NCBI RefSeq assembly: GCF_052425735.1
Contig: NC_135760.1
Coordinates: forward strand, 10,540,001 to 10,604,000
DNA length: 64,000 nt
Source of the DNA: Oculina patagonica
Taxonomy: Eukaryota
Direction of reading: 5' to 3'
Shown: positions 25,592-37,640 of the stretch, piece after piece
How positions within the stretch are numbered: the first letter of the stretch is position 1
Layout: every line of letters starts with the position of its first letter
Position numbers and translations under genes: made by a program
Notes under the pieces: model-generated
Seen by the model: the letters and a program-made list of their open reading frames with translations, nothing else
The model's database searches: none
Told to the model about the DNA's origin: nothing

Positions 25592-28500
25592 TCACACTGC
25601 TGTGTTTAAACTGTTGTTACTTTTTCGTTCTGTATTGATGAGAAAGGAGCAATGATTTGAGTTGTAGCAAGATGTACTTTTGTATACTTGACTGTTGATC
25701 TCTTAATAAATGTCCTATTTTGTACTTTTATTTACAAATGCAAAACAATTAATTGTTACATTCAGATAATTTATTATTGTTAAAAACAGTTGGGCACTTT
25801 CTTGGCTTTGTGGATGGTGTGAATTTCTGCAACTGACTATAGTTCTATATCAAATACTCCAGGCAGTGTTTCATTGGCTATCCAAACCCCTTGAATTTCG
25901 TCAAAAATACTCTAGCTGCTGTGCATCATATTTTCAACTCTCTTCTTGGTGTTTGGTTATCCCAATGATACAAAGTCTCTCTTGTTGTGTGATATATTAC
26001 AACTAAAAACACAGTGCAGTATTTGTTTTCTTCTTGCATACCTTTGCCATCAATATGACCTTCTTTTTTGCAACAGCTTTCCTTCACTTTCTCAACAACT
26101 TGCTTTCTTTTTGCGCACATGATTAGTTCAAACACCACAACAATTAGGGTGACAAAACCCATTAAAGCAATGCCAATCTTGTAAGGAAGAACATCCACTG
26201 TCAAAAATAATAGAATTCTTGTTAATATAACAATTAATACATGTATGTATAGTTTAAGCCAAAGAGTACTCATTTGGTGTATTATCTTGGTGTGACTGTC
26301 AAGATAAGAATAACCTTGAGGCATGCTGCAGTGTAACAGTGACCTGCACATTGTATGACAAGTAAATATATGTCACTCTGGCCTGTCCACACAGTCAATA
26401 AGTAGATGTATACCATCAAAACTGAATTGATTTCATTAGGCATATAGGGTGAGGTATCAAATGAAATTGTAAGTGTGCTGTAAATCCCCCCCCCCCCCCC
26501 CGGATGGGATGCTAGTTTATTACAGATTGCTTCCAGAATTTTTTTTAATTTGCCCTACAGTGTAGGAACAGGTTACCAGTACAGTAGATTCCTGTTAATC
26601 TGGTCACTAACAGGCTACAAAAAACAAGCTAAAATAACAGGGACCCATATAAAAGAGGTTCTTGGAATAAGAAAATGACTGACACATGTGGGTCATCACA
26701 AAGTGCAAGGCAGTGAGGTGTGCAATCCATTCCGGTTAGCACTTTGGTTAGGCTAAATGGCAGTTTGGTTAGCCTACAGTTAGCTTAGGTAGCTTGCAGT
26801 TAGCTTTTTTTATTGGGATAAGGGATTTCTGTTTCACATGCCTTGCATGCCTTGCTGCTTTGCCTTGCATGCCTCACTGCCTCGCATATTTGTAAGACTC
26901 ACACACGTAAATGTTTTGTTCAGGCCAAAATAAAATGGCTGTAAATAAACAAGGTGGATCAGGGTTCACTGTACCCATTTTCACACCTGGTTGCAGAGGG
27001 GTACTGTGAGAGTGAAGTGTCTTGCTCAAGAACACAAAGCAACAAAAGGACCCTAGCCACGGATTGATCCAGGATCCAAATTTGTACTAACAACTAGACC
27101 ACGCCTACTACTGATAGATAAAAAGATAAAGTCTGTATTTGAGCCAAGTGGCCCATCAGCCTGGAGCTTATTTCAGTTTCTGTAGCATGTAGCAGCTAGG
27201 AGAATCAGCATTAAATTTGCTGGTACCAATTATGCACCTCAGGGTGGAGAGAGAGAGGCACTGTGGGAGTATTAGTAATTAGTGTCAGTTGCGGGAGAAC
27301 ACAACGCAGTGACCCTGGCCAAGGCTTGGATCCAGTCTGCTCAATCCAGACTTCAGTGCAAAAGAAAAGCCAACAGGCCTCATTAGCAACACAGTCACAG
27401 TGGATGCACTAAAAGTAACAATGCAGATTCCTCACCTTTTTCATTTTCACCGTGCTGTTTTCCAGTATCCGGACCACTTTTACATCTGCAGTTCTCTTCA
27501 TCAGGCACCTCTCCTTGGTCCCACTGGCATTCCAGGTTACATGTACAGTGGCAACTTGTATGATTATATACTGTGATAGTTTTGGGTTCTCCACTTAAGG
27601 GATCTTTTACTTCTAAAGAAATCGCCTCCCTCTTTGATGCTGTGCATGGTTTTTGACTGGGTGGAATGCTCTCGTCACAAGTTCCAGAGCAGCGATGTAG
27701 TAATATGTGAAAAGGTTTGTTCCCCTCGGTTTCTTGAACCACCACTGGTCTTGGCTGACATTTCTGCTCACTTAGTTTTACTGATGAGACTTTCACTGGG
27801 GAAAAACATAGTAAATATTTACACTTTTATATTTAGGAGAATGGGGGGGTGGGAGCCTTGAGCCATGCAGCCCATACCGCCAGAGCTTATCCCTGTTTCT
27901 GTATCATTAGGTGGCTAGGAATATTTTTACTCCCCCCTGAATGGGATGCTAGTCCATTGCAGGGTACCCCCCCCCCCCAGCATTATGTTGCCGTACCCAA
28001 TAATATACCTAGGTGGAGAGAGGCATTAAAAGAGTTAAGACAGATTCCGCTGAAAGTCCGAGCAATGAGTGCGAAAATTAAGTACCAAAAATCTACTCAT
28101 TGCACGGCAACATTTTGTACACTATTTAAAAGATCTCATCGAAATTTATTTGTCTTAGTGACCCCGCAATTAAATTCTAAAGCATTCTCGAGAAAATTAA
28201 AGTCAAACCTCGAAAAAATGTATTAAATGCGCGCCATTTTGTTTTGAACTGGCGCAAGACGTCCGTTTTAACTGAAATAAAGACAACTTCAAATCCATTT
28301 TTCTCTCGCAGGGTCAGCTTGAGTACTAAATTTTTGGCAGGTTTTTGTTAGCTGTACTAAAAACTGTTGCCATGCTAAGAGGTCTTTTTGGTAACTTTAT
28401 TTTTGCCTGTATTGCTCGAATATTGTGCGGAAACCATCTTAAGCAATTTGCCCAAGAACATAACACAGTGACTCCGGCCAGGGCTCAAATCCAGACTGAT

Positions 28501-30508
28501 CAATCCAGAGTACTACGCAGTAACCATTAGGCCACTGTGCCCCCCCGGGGCCCGTTTCTTAAAGGGGGGAAAACCTTCCCGGGGATAAATCTCTATCTAG
28601 TGGATATTGTATTTTTTTTTCCAACATTTTTCCTCTGGATATTTTTTTTTCTATGGAAAAGACAACCCCCCCTTAAAAAACGGGCCAGGTGAATAGAGTT
28701 GATAAAGGGGGCCAGGAAAATTCTATATCAGTAGTTCTGTCATTTTTGTTCATTCTTTCTTAAATTGTTACAACTTGAATTTCCAGAGCTTATTGACTTA
28801 AAATTTGAAGTATGATGTAAAATAAATTTATTAATTTTATGACACCTTGCTCAACCTTTGCCCAAATTAACACCAAACTTTATTGATGACGTTTTACTAT
28901 TATTTTTATGGGATTTTACCCCTAAACAATTATTGTTTAAAAAAAAACATATTGTCGCAACATTGTCGAAATAATTCTGTTAAAGCATTGCAGATATTGC
29001 TTTCTAAAGAATGACCTGGAGTCTGACTCAAATTATCTTCTACATCAATAAGAAGGCAGATGCAACTTGGTCGGTGCTACTAATTAATTAATGTCCATGC
29101 TATCCTCTGTGTAATTGATGAATAACAGTAGCCAATAAACTCCGGATAAATTTTGACAGTTGGAAGCTTTTTAAAAGCAAAGCGGCTCTCCTGGAGCTTG
29201 CTGAACGATTTCTTACGCTTGGCATCACAAGTCGCATCAAATATGAATGAGAAACGCCCAAACAAAATATCGGACAGTTTTACGGCTTTAAAGAGGATAA
29301 AAACTGTTCCTTGCTTTATTTATTTCTGAAGATTAAAAACTACGAGGTGGCAACTGTAATTGTTTACATAGAGAAATCGATCAGATAAGTTGCGTCTATA
29401 ACAACACTTGCGAACACACAAGATTTAAAGGCGCTACGAAAAACAAAAGACTTTAAGCAGTTAATGAAACAGGAATGAAATATTCTTTTTTGGTGCTGTT
29501 AAAAAGCCCACAAAACAAACACGAGCGCTACTGTTTTGTACATAAATAAAATCCCATCAAAGGTGACAAATTCCACACATTGCTTCCCACCATTTAAAGG
29601 GCTGCTGTTTGTGTAATCAAATTGTGATTTCGTAAGCAGAATTTCTCAGAAATTGCGAAAATTAGTTTGACTTCGCCCACATAACAGCCAACAAACATCC
29701 TTCGCTAACTTCTCACAAGTTGCCAAGCCACGGTTAGAATCACGAAATATTCCCATGTGTTCACTTACGCGGAAAATTTTTGGCGGTTTTTCGCGGAACC
29801 GTCATGATCATGAGTGAGTGCAGTTTCCTGACGCATAAAAAAACAAAGCAAATTCTCCTTCCTATTTAAAGACTTGGCATCGAAATAAAGCGAATGGGAG
29901 TGAAAATGATGTTGTTAAGTTCATTTATGAAGTCAAATCAAACGTTTTGATTCGTTCGAAATGTGTTGAAACCGACAAAAGGGTTTACATTTCACCACGG
30001 TAAATCCGCGCGCGCGATCAAATGATATACAAGCATGTAGCGTGAATGTTTTCGTACATAAACAGTTTTATTCAATTCATGGTCTTTATTAGAGATCAAT
30101 CCGAAATAATTTTTAAAACAGTTTCTCGAAAGAAAAGAAGGAAGGTTCTAATTGAAATCGGTTATTTTGTAGCTTCCGTAATAGTGATTTCTAAAGACTT
30201 GTTATCAAACAAATATCAAATTGATCGATGTTTTGAAATTTGCGGCGCCTCTTTCGTTGAGAATGATTATGACCTCAATCTATAATTTTTGATATCAGGC
30301 ACGTTGGGGTGATAAGTTTAAGAACTACTTCTAAAGAAGATGGGAAAGTGCTCGCTGCACGTGAAGTTGTAGTATTGAAATAGTATAGAGTATTGAAGTC
30401 GGCAAGCGCTCACTAACCTGATAACATAAGAAGAGTGACCACAAGGAAAGTAAAGATTGTTGATAGCCTTGTCAATGATCTACAACCACTGCATATGCCG
30501 CAATCCAT
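25592..30508 (-). CDS. Transmembrane PDGF/VEGF-domain protein V1 (short form)
   Basis: Exons 30508-30418 (signal MDCG...TIFTFLVVTLLMLS), 27795-27436 (CQPRP...HRCSGTC...KPC...NHTSCHCTC), 26197-26042 (TM IGIALMGFVTLIVVVFELIMC then AKRK), 25629-25592 (ERKSNNSLNTAV*); all phase-1 GT-AG junctions. Confidence 0.85.
26500..27105 (-). mobile_element. SINE interrupted by a Tc1/mariner MITE (26582-26971), which itself holds a second MITE (about 26687-26902)
   Basis: SINE halves on either side of TA|CAGTAG...CACTG|TA; inner inverted ends TGTGGGTCATCACAAA / TTTGTAAGACTCACA. Confidence 0.6.
27850..28540 (-). mobile_element. SINE interrupted by a TTAA-targeting DNA element (28039-28438, Kolobok-like)
   Basis: SINE body resumes after the duplicated TTAA; imperfect TIR GACAGATTCCGC / GCGGAAACCATC. 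Confidence 0.65.
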
Positions 30509-33500
30509 TTTTCTTCGGGTTGTTGTGTAATCCTGGGCGGAGATGGTTACCCGCTTCGTTTAACTGCGGAGAAACGAAGGTAATGAATGAATGAAGCACC
30601 GAAGGAACTTGTAAAATTATTACTCAAACGCCCCAGCCTCAGAGCCAATCAGGAACGAGGTCAAAGATAGTAAACTTCCGGTGGCTCGGTGCTGAGCGCG
30701 GAGAACCGGAAATTAATCCAAACACGCTCTCTTGCAAACTTTCAAAACTTTTGTTGACTCATGCACTTGATTTAAATTCCTGCAGTTTAAATAGTGGATT
30801 TTTGTCTGCTTATTGCTCAAAGAAGCTGATTTTGTGTCAATGTTTCCTCGGGGAAAAGAATTCAATTGTCAGAAACCCATGACCTTTATGTTTATGCGTC
30901 AGTGCTCCGATCTTTTTCCCAGCTACATTAGCTACGTGAAAAACCCATCCCAGATTCATTCATCTTCCTGTGTTGTTTTACTCGTAATGTACACACCCAG
31001 GGAGACCCAGGTAGAGGAAGTTGTACAACTTCAAAGCACTTCCAACTAACTAAATTTAATTTCTGTGAAGAGATATACAAACCACAGAATAGTCGAGTGC
31101 TCTATTTATTATCTGATCTTGGCGGTTTATATATTCCTGTTCCTGCCTATTAAATTCATCAGCCTAATAGAAAATATGCACTGTTGTGTAAATCAGACAT
31201 TGTTGGATTTGTTTGAATAAAAAAGAAAGCAAAGTTTTCTGCTTTAAAAATATGGCGCGCGCCGGGTTATTGAAGTCAACTTGAGATAGCTTGATGGGTA
31301 GTGAGCATTTTTTGTTGACCGATTTCAATTTTATCTTGTACCTATGAGCCACCATGCTTTACAATTTTTTTCTGTTTAGACTATTTACAAGAGTGGAAAC
31401 ATTCTTGTAGACCTCAGTAAAAGATTAAATAAATGGGGACCTTCGCTTTCAGGCTAGCCTAGATCTAGCGGGCTGGATATATTGCGGAAGACGGCACGCC
31501 TGAAGACAAAAGATAACTCGTATATTTGGTTGACTTCCTGAAGTTAAGTATGTACAACGATCGTTTTCATTTACGTTGTTCCTCTGTGGTTCCTGCGAAT
31601 GAATCTTCTGCGTGCAGGCATGCCGGTGAATAATAACACAGTTATTACTGTGTACCTCCGCTATAAAAGGAAGTTTTTCCGGTGATATCTTCCTGAAAAT
31701 TGTTACGTGAAGAACAATGTGTTGATCGCCCTAACGTCCTGTTCAATCTGCGAAGTACTATTTTCTTTTTTGGTTACGTTCTTAAATGATGTTCTGCGGT
31801 TAACTTAAAATACCGTAATTGGCGCTTGCTTTCGCAGTTAGTCACTCAAACTTTATTTGTTCAACTGTATGAGGTACAGTGTATAGACGTCATAAGTGAC
31901 GTAAATACAGAGCGATCATGCGAAACGTCCAATCTCGAGCAAATGTTTTTAGGCAAAAATTCATTCGCAACACAATATGAGTAAAATATAGTTATATTAG
32001 TGTAAAAGTGGAATATTTCAGCCAATTGCGCCTCGATAGATGAGGATAAGAAACTTATGAGAGTCTTTTTATAGTGAGTCTGCCTTGGAAGACATGAGTT
32101 TTGCGAGGGTGCTACATACATGCACGTGGTCGAGCTTTTAATAAAACGCGAATGCATGCATGATCGAACAGGATAATTACTCTAATCAAGGCCATTCATT
32201 TAGATCTAAACATGGCTTTAAAAGGCATTAATAGAAAGTGATATCTCACTATTACACAGCACATTTGCTTTTATATTCAGTCATACCGAATTATTAGACC
32301 TGTTAATGTGTTACTTCCGAAACAGTCACCTTTTTACTGTTGTTGTGGACAACGAAACGAGCTTTGCTAACAAGCTCTAATAATCTTTAAAAATTGGACT
32401 TGAAAAGTGAAGCAATTATCGCCGAAATTGAACCCACATAAAAGTATTTAACTCACGTGTTATTAAACCAGAATGTCTCGATGAAAAGAAAATCAATTAA
32501 TTTCTTACCTTAATTGCTTTTAAGATCAAAAATCCTTTATCCCGATTAGAAGAAAATACTTTCCTGCTGACTTAGTGTGAGTTCAGCTTTTAGTAGGGTA
32601 GTTTTGGTCCCCCTGGTTGAAGTGTGTGTTCGGTTTATACTGTAATAAAAACGCACCCACCTGTAAATCGGTTTATATCAATCAATTCCGCGGAGGTGGA
32701 ATTTCAGAAATGTCGGTTGCTCCGTTACACCTAAATATTTGCCATAAATTTAGAACAAAAGTTGACAAGGAGTGGTATTAGGCAAGACTTTGTTATTTAG
32801 TCGCGGTGTCCGTAGAAAATAAACGTCATAAAAAGGTGGATTGCTCTAGATTGATAAAGCTAAAAATAATGCGTCGACCTTTGTTAGCAATTTTAAGATG
32901 ATCTTGAGCAAAACAGAGATTATCGTGGGTTAGTGTTTTAAAACGTCGTCAACAATCTGTCACACTTGAACAGTCTAGACTTGTAGTCCCATACTGTGAT
33001 AAAAAAAAATTCAATATTTATTGCCAGTATTATGTTTGTGACATAAACTTTAAAAAAGTTTGTAGATTCGAAACTATTTAGGACATTCTTTCACTTTTGA
33101 TTTTTTTAGATCAAGGAACATGTCGTCTTTCCTGTTGTCTTGTTTTTGTTTTCCAGTATACCATGCAACGGAAAATAACATACACTTACAAAACAAGACT
33201 CCCACATGTCTAATAAAGCGTGGGCCTTGGTTTGATGTTTTCAATTAGCTCAATATAGATTTTTAAAAATTTGTTATCGCTAATTAATTCTTCACTTCCG
33301 GTTTCCACGGATCTCCGCCAAACACTGACGTCATACTAAATGTTTTCGATACCAAGGCGGCAAAAGATTACGGACAATTTCAAGAGCACTCGAGATGTGA
33401 AACTTCGTCTGATAATGTGACCGGTCAAGCAACCACCGGAGATTTCCGACAATATCCGAACATAAAGTCGATAACTCCTCGACCAGCGACGCGCACCCGA

Positions 33501-36047
33501 ATTTGGCAAAGCCCAAACTTGACAAGAATCGAAACAGTTATATTTTTTACAAAACATTCTCACGGGTAGGTAGGCAATTTTTTTAGAGGCTTCCGCAAAG
33601 GAAACGCTTACATGCCTAAGTATTTTTGGAAGCCGGCTTCGTCTTTTTTTGTTTGTTTAGAAATTTCTGGTTACTTAATTTGTTTCATTGTTGTGACCAC
33701 ACTTGGATTCCAGCTAAGTAAAGCCTCAGCTAGCCTGAACAGAAGGCAGAAAGTCTTTTTAGTATCCCGTGTAATCTCGTGATTTTCTTATCGTAAGATA
33801 TTTTCGTAGCTTCCGATTTTTAAGAAGCTTATGCCTATCAGCTCAGTAAATCGATCTTAATTTACTTATCTCTATTTTCACTTACGGTCCGTAGAGAAAT
33901 CTTCCGCAGGAGGAAATCCTCGTGTTTCGAAGACAGATTTAATACGTAATTGTTATCTCTGTGTTTCGCTGTTTCGTTTTTGCGTCGTAAATTGACAGCA
34001 CAATCGAAATAATTAATAATCCGCTGAAGTTAGAACTACTTTTTAAAAAAAAAAAAAAAATCTGTTTGGCCCAAAGTTATTGACTGTCTATTAGACTCAA
34101 TTTACACTAAGCAAAACACACAAAAAAACACTGAGAATCATGTTCAATGTCGCACATTTCAGACTCATTTCAGACCATTTCAAGTTTGCACCTTGTTTAC
34201 GAAGAAATGAAAGTCTGAATTGTGGCGCGTTTGCAAGTGTTTACGAAGAAATTAAAGTAATTGTGGCGCTTCAAATCAATGCGTAAAATTAACGATTTCC
34301 TTTCGAAGCGATTAGCGGATTAGATCTTATTGAATTTAGCGAAAAGTGGAACGGCACTGTTTTTTAGAAGGCAGGTTCGGCCACTGGCTGGGCTGCCATT
34401 GTTAGAATTATGGGGTTTCACAGAAACCCGAATTGCAAACTTTGAATAACAACATAATTCGGGGCTAAAACTAACATGTTCGTGAAGCCTCTGGACCCCC
34501 CCCCCCCCCCCCCTTGTAGACAGTCGGCAAATATCAAAAAGTTCAGAAGCGAGGCTAATCCCCATTATATCAATTGGATTAAACAAGCTTAAACTAATAC
34601 AATAAGTAAGCTTGTGGATCAACTATAAAACCGATGTTATCGAATGGAAACGTTAACTGGGGTTAGTGGCTAAGATGGTAGTGTTTTCTATTAGCCGCAG
34701 AATCGAGACATTATTTCAAGACATTTTCACCACTATTTATTTGTAATATAATAAAAAAAAAGATATTAGGCAACTCGTAACCCAGGGCCCCCCCCCTCCA
34801 GAGCGAGACCAGACCCAACCAGGGCCCTCTCCACTGGGGGGCGGGAGAGAAAGTCCTGGAACGAGGTGGAATAGGGTGATAGAAGTAATATGAGCGAGTG
34901 TTGCTATAATGTTGCTACAATGCACAAACATTCCTAAATTCCAATTCAACCTGGCCTGGAGCCGGACCGCCCCAGACCCGCACAAAAACTAGCTCGGGCT
35001 GAATTGGCTTCCTCTCTAAATATTGTAATTTAAGTTTTCAAACTATAATGGAAGAATCTTGACGAATCAGCAGTGAAAAGTGACACAACAACGTTGAACA
35101 GCAAATGTTTCAGTGTCTGATTGTTTCCACGGCAAAGTGTTGTTTAAAAATTCTTTCCCGCCAAAACAATTGAATGACTGACAAATGACAAGAATTAAAA
35201 GATATATGGTGAGTGAAACTCGACTAAGCTTGCAATTCAGTGTTGTTGTCGGATTTTTTCGGGATTAGATTTCTTTCTTTGCTGATCTTGTACCCAGCTC
35301 TTCAAGCATTCCTAAATACTAGTTAAATATTAGTTAAAAATTGAGAGATCTTTTCCTTTCAGTGAGCTTACCTTTTGAATTCACTCCTATACAAAGTAGA
35401 TTACTGTGGCTACCACGATTTTAGAATAGTCACAGAAACGATTGGAAATTTTCTTTCCAACGAAATATTTATACCATTCATTTCGCCACCTATTTTTAAA
35501 CTAACATATTATTGGCTTTTACACGCTGAGCTCAAAAAATGGAGTTCCTTTAAAAATACTGGGAAGTTGACACTCGACAAATTTTCAAGTTATAAATAAG
35601 CTCGTTTATGGTACATACGTTTTTCCTAATAAGGTTTTAATCTACTTAGAGTTTAAGATTCCCAGAAATTGGCTTCAGTAAAGAGAGGAATTCACCCATG
35701 TCATTCACATAATGAAATTATCCGCACAGGAAGGGGGAAGAGTAAGATTAAGTTTTATGTAAATCCAGCACGACAGCACTAATCTGGATATCTTTGAAAA
35801 CGTATATCTTTCTTTGGTTTGGCCTAAGGTCCACAATAAAAACGGAGCTTTAGGTAATCGAAAAGGGAGCTTTAAGAAAACGTTTCCGGAGCTGAAAAAT
35901 GTGAAAACGCTGGCTAGGTGGTGTAGTGTGGACGGCCGAAAGTCAACAAAACGCTGTCGTCACAAAGATCCTCAAAGTCGTATTTAGCACGGGCTCAAGT
36001 AATGGCGCATGCTCCAATAAGCGTTTTCAAACTTATATCGATATTAA

Positions 36048-36594
36048 CCCTATTCAGACCGGGCTTTTTGGTCCAGACCGGGGGGGGGGGGGCGGACCGC
36101 CCCCCCCCTCCGACTCCAGAATATTTAAGCAATCACAATGAAACACAGGATATATAGTATGTCCCAAATCATCTTGCATATGTCACGTGGGATGATAACG
36201 TCACTATGTGATGACATCATATTTCAAAACAGCCGCCATCTGGATCCGCCATCTGGATTTCGAATTTTTCAAAACGTCAGAAAACCGCCCAAAATATGGA
36301 AAATACTCAAAACCAATAAAAATGTGCTTAAAACCCGTAAACATATGAAAATAATTGCTTTAAAGTTATTTTTCATTAATAGAAACAGGAAAATTACAAA
36401 TTTGGGAAAACATGCCTGTCAAAATGCCGTGCCATGGTGACGTCAGTTCCTGACACAACAACCTACCCTACCAAATTATTCCCAGATAAATTTTAGATAA
36501 AGTCTCCAAGTTTGGCAGCGTTTGGTTGAATATTAAAAAAGTTATAAGCGTTCAAAGTCGGCGCGGGCTTTCCGCCCCCCCGGTCTGGATAGGG
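36048..36594. mobile_element. piggyBac-type MITE
   Basis: TTAA|CCCTATTCAGACCGGG...CCCGGTCTGGATAGGG|TTAA. Confidence 0.85.
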
Positions 36595-37640
36595 TTAAAC
36601 ATTTTATTTATTTTTTGGGTGAAAACTCCGTTTTTGAATTTATCCGGATTAGCTGAGTGTGGACGGGCTATTGTTGCTACTAGCCTGGTGCGTTCACAGG
36701 GTGTTGACTGATGTGTGACGCATTCACGATTGTGGTTCATTTTGCTGACTTCCTTCTCGTGTAATACCGTGACGTATTTACCGTACAGTCGTGGGCGGCC
36801 TTTCTTCGCGACACAATGTTTGTTGTGGAGATGTGGATCGATGAATGAATCAATCGATCAATCAATAAATTATTGAGGAACCCAGGCCGACGTTTGCGAA
36901 CGGGGACTGTAGGTAGTCGCACTCTTTTTATCATACATACATACTTCCAAATAAAAACACAGGATTTTCTTATTGGGTCATGAAAAACACAATATTAAAT
37001 TAAAAACAGACTGTGTTCCTTTTCAGCCCTGGTTAACTTTCATTCTCGCCGTTTTGGGCCTTATTCCAATTTTCTTTTTTATTTCAGATCTTCCTTTTCT
37101 TAATTTCAATTAATTAGCCTTATTTGGCAAATCATTATCTTCGTCACTTACGTCACTTAGTTAAATTGATTTTTAAGGGTTTTGTTTTTGGCGCATTTCC
37201 TGTCCTGTATGATATACGTAGACTTGCGAAGATATACGTAGACTTGCGGGTTCACGGGAAATCCCCGAAACAGGCTCGAAAGGAACTTGTTCAGTCAGCT
37301 GAACAAGTGTCAAATAACTCTATCAAGCAGTCCGTTCATGAAAATACTGTTAATCTTTATTTTGCACTTGTTTTCAAGGTCTTAAATATTTCTTTACAAT
37401 AAATAATCATCTTTCGGGGTTTTGCTTGCATTTCATGCATGCAGCTTTCACTGAAATTAATAAATATTAAATAACTTTATCGAGCTTACTGAACTCGAAG
37501 AAACAATTTTGTACACTTTTCTTAGCCGTAGCTTTCGAATTAAATAGACATGCCCTCAGTGTGAGGCATTGAAAATAATATCAAACTCCTGTTACTAATA
37601 TCCTTCACTTCGGATATGAGTCGGACCTGCTGCTTTGATT

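Noticed and set aside
28545-28690. Oddly diverged MITE copies rich in homopolymers (also 44090-44215)
   Set aside because: The pattern looks like low-quality base calls through a hairpin rather than biology
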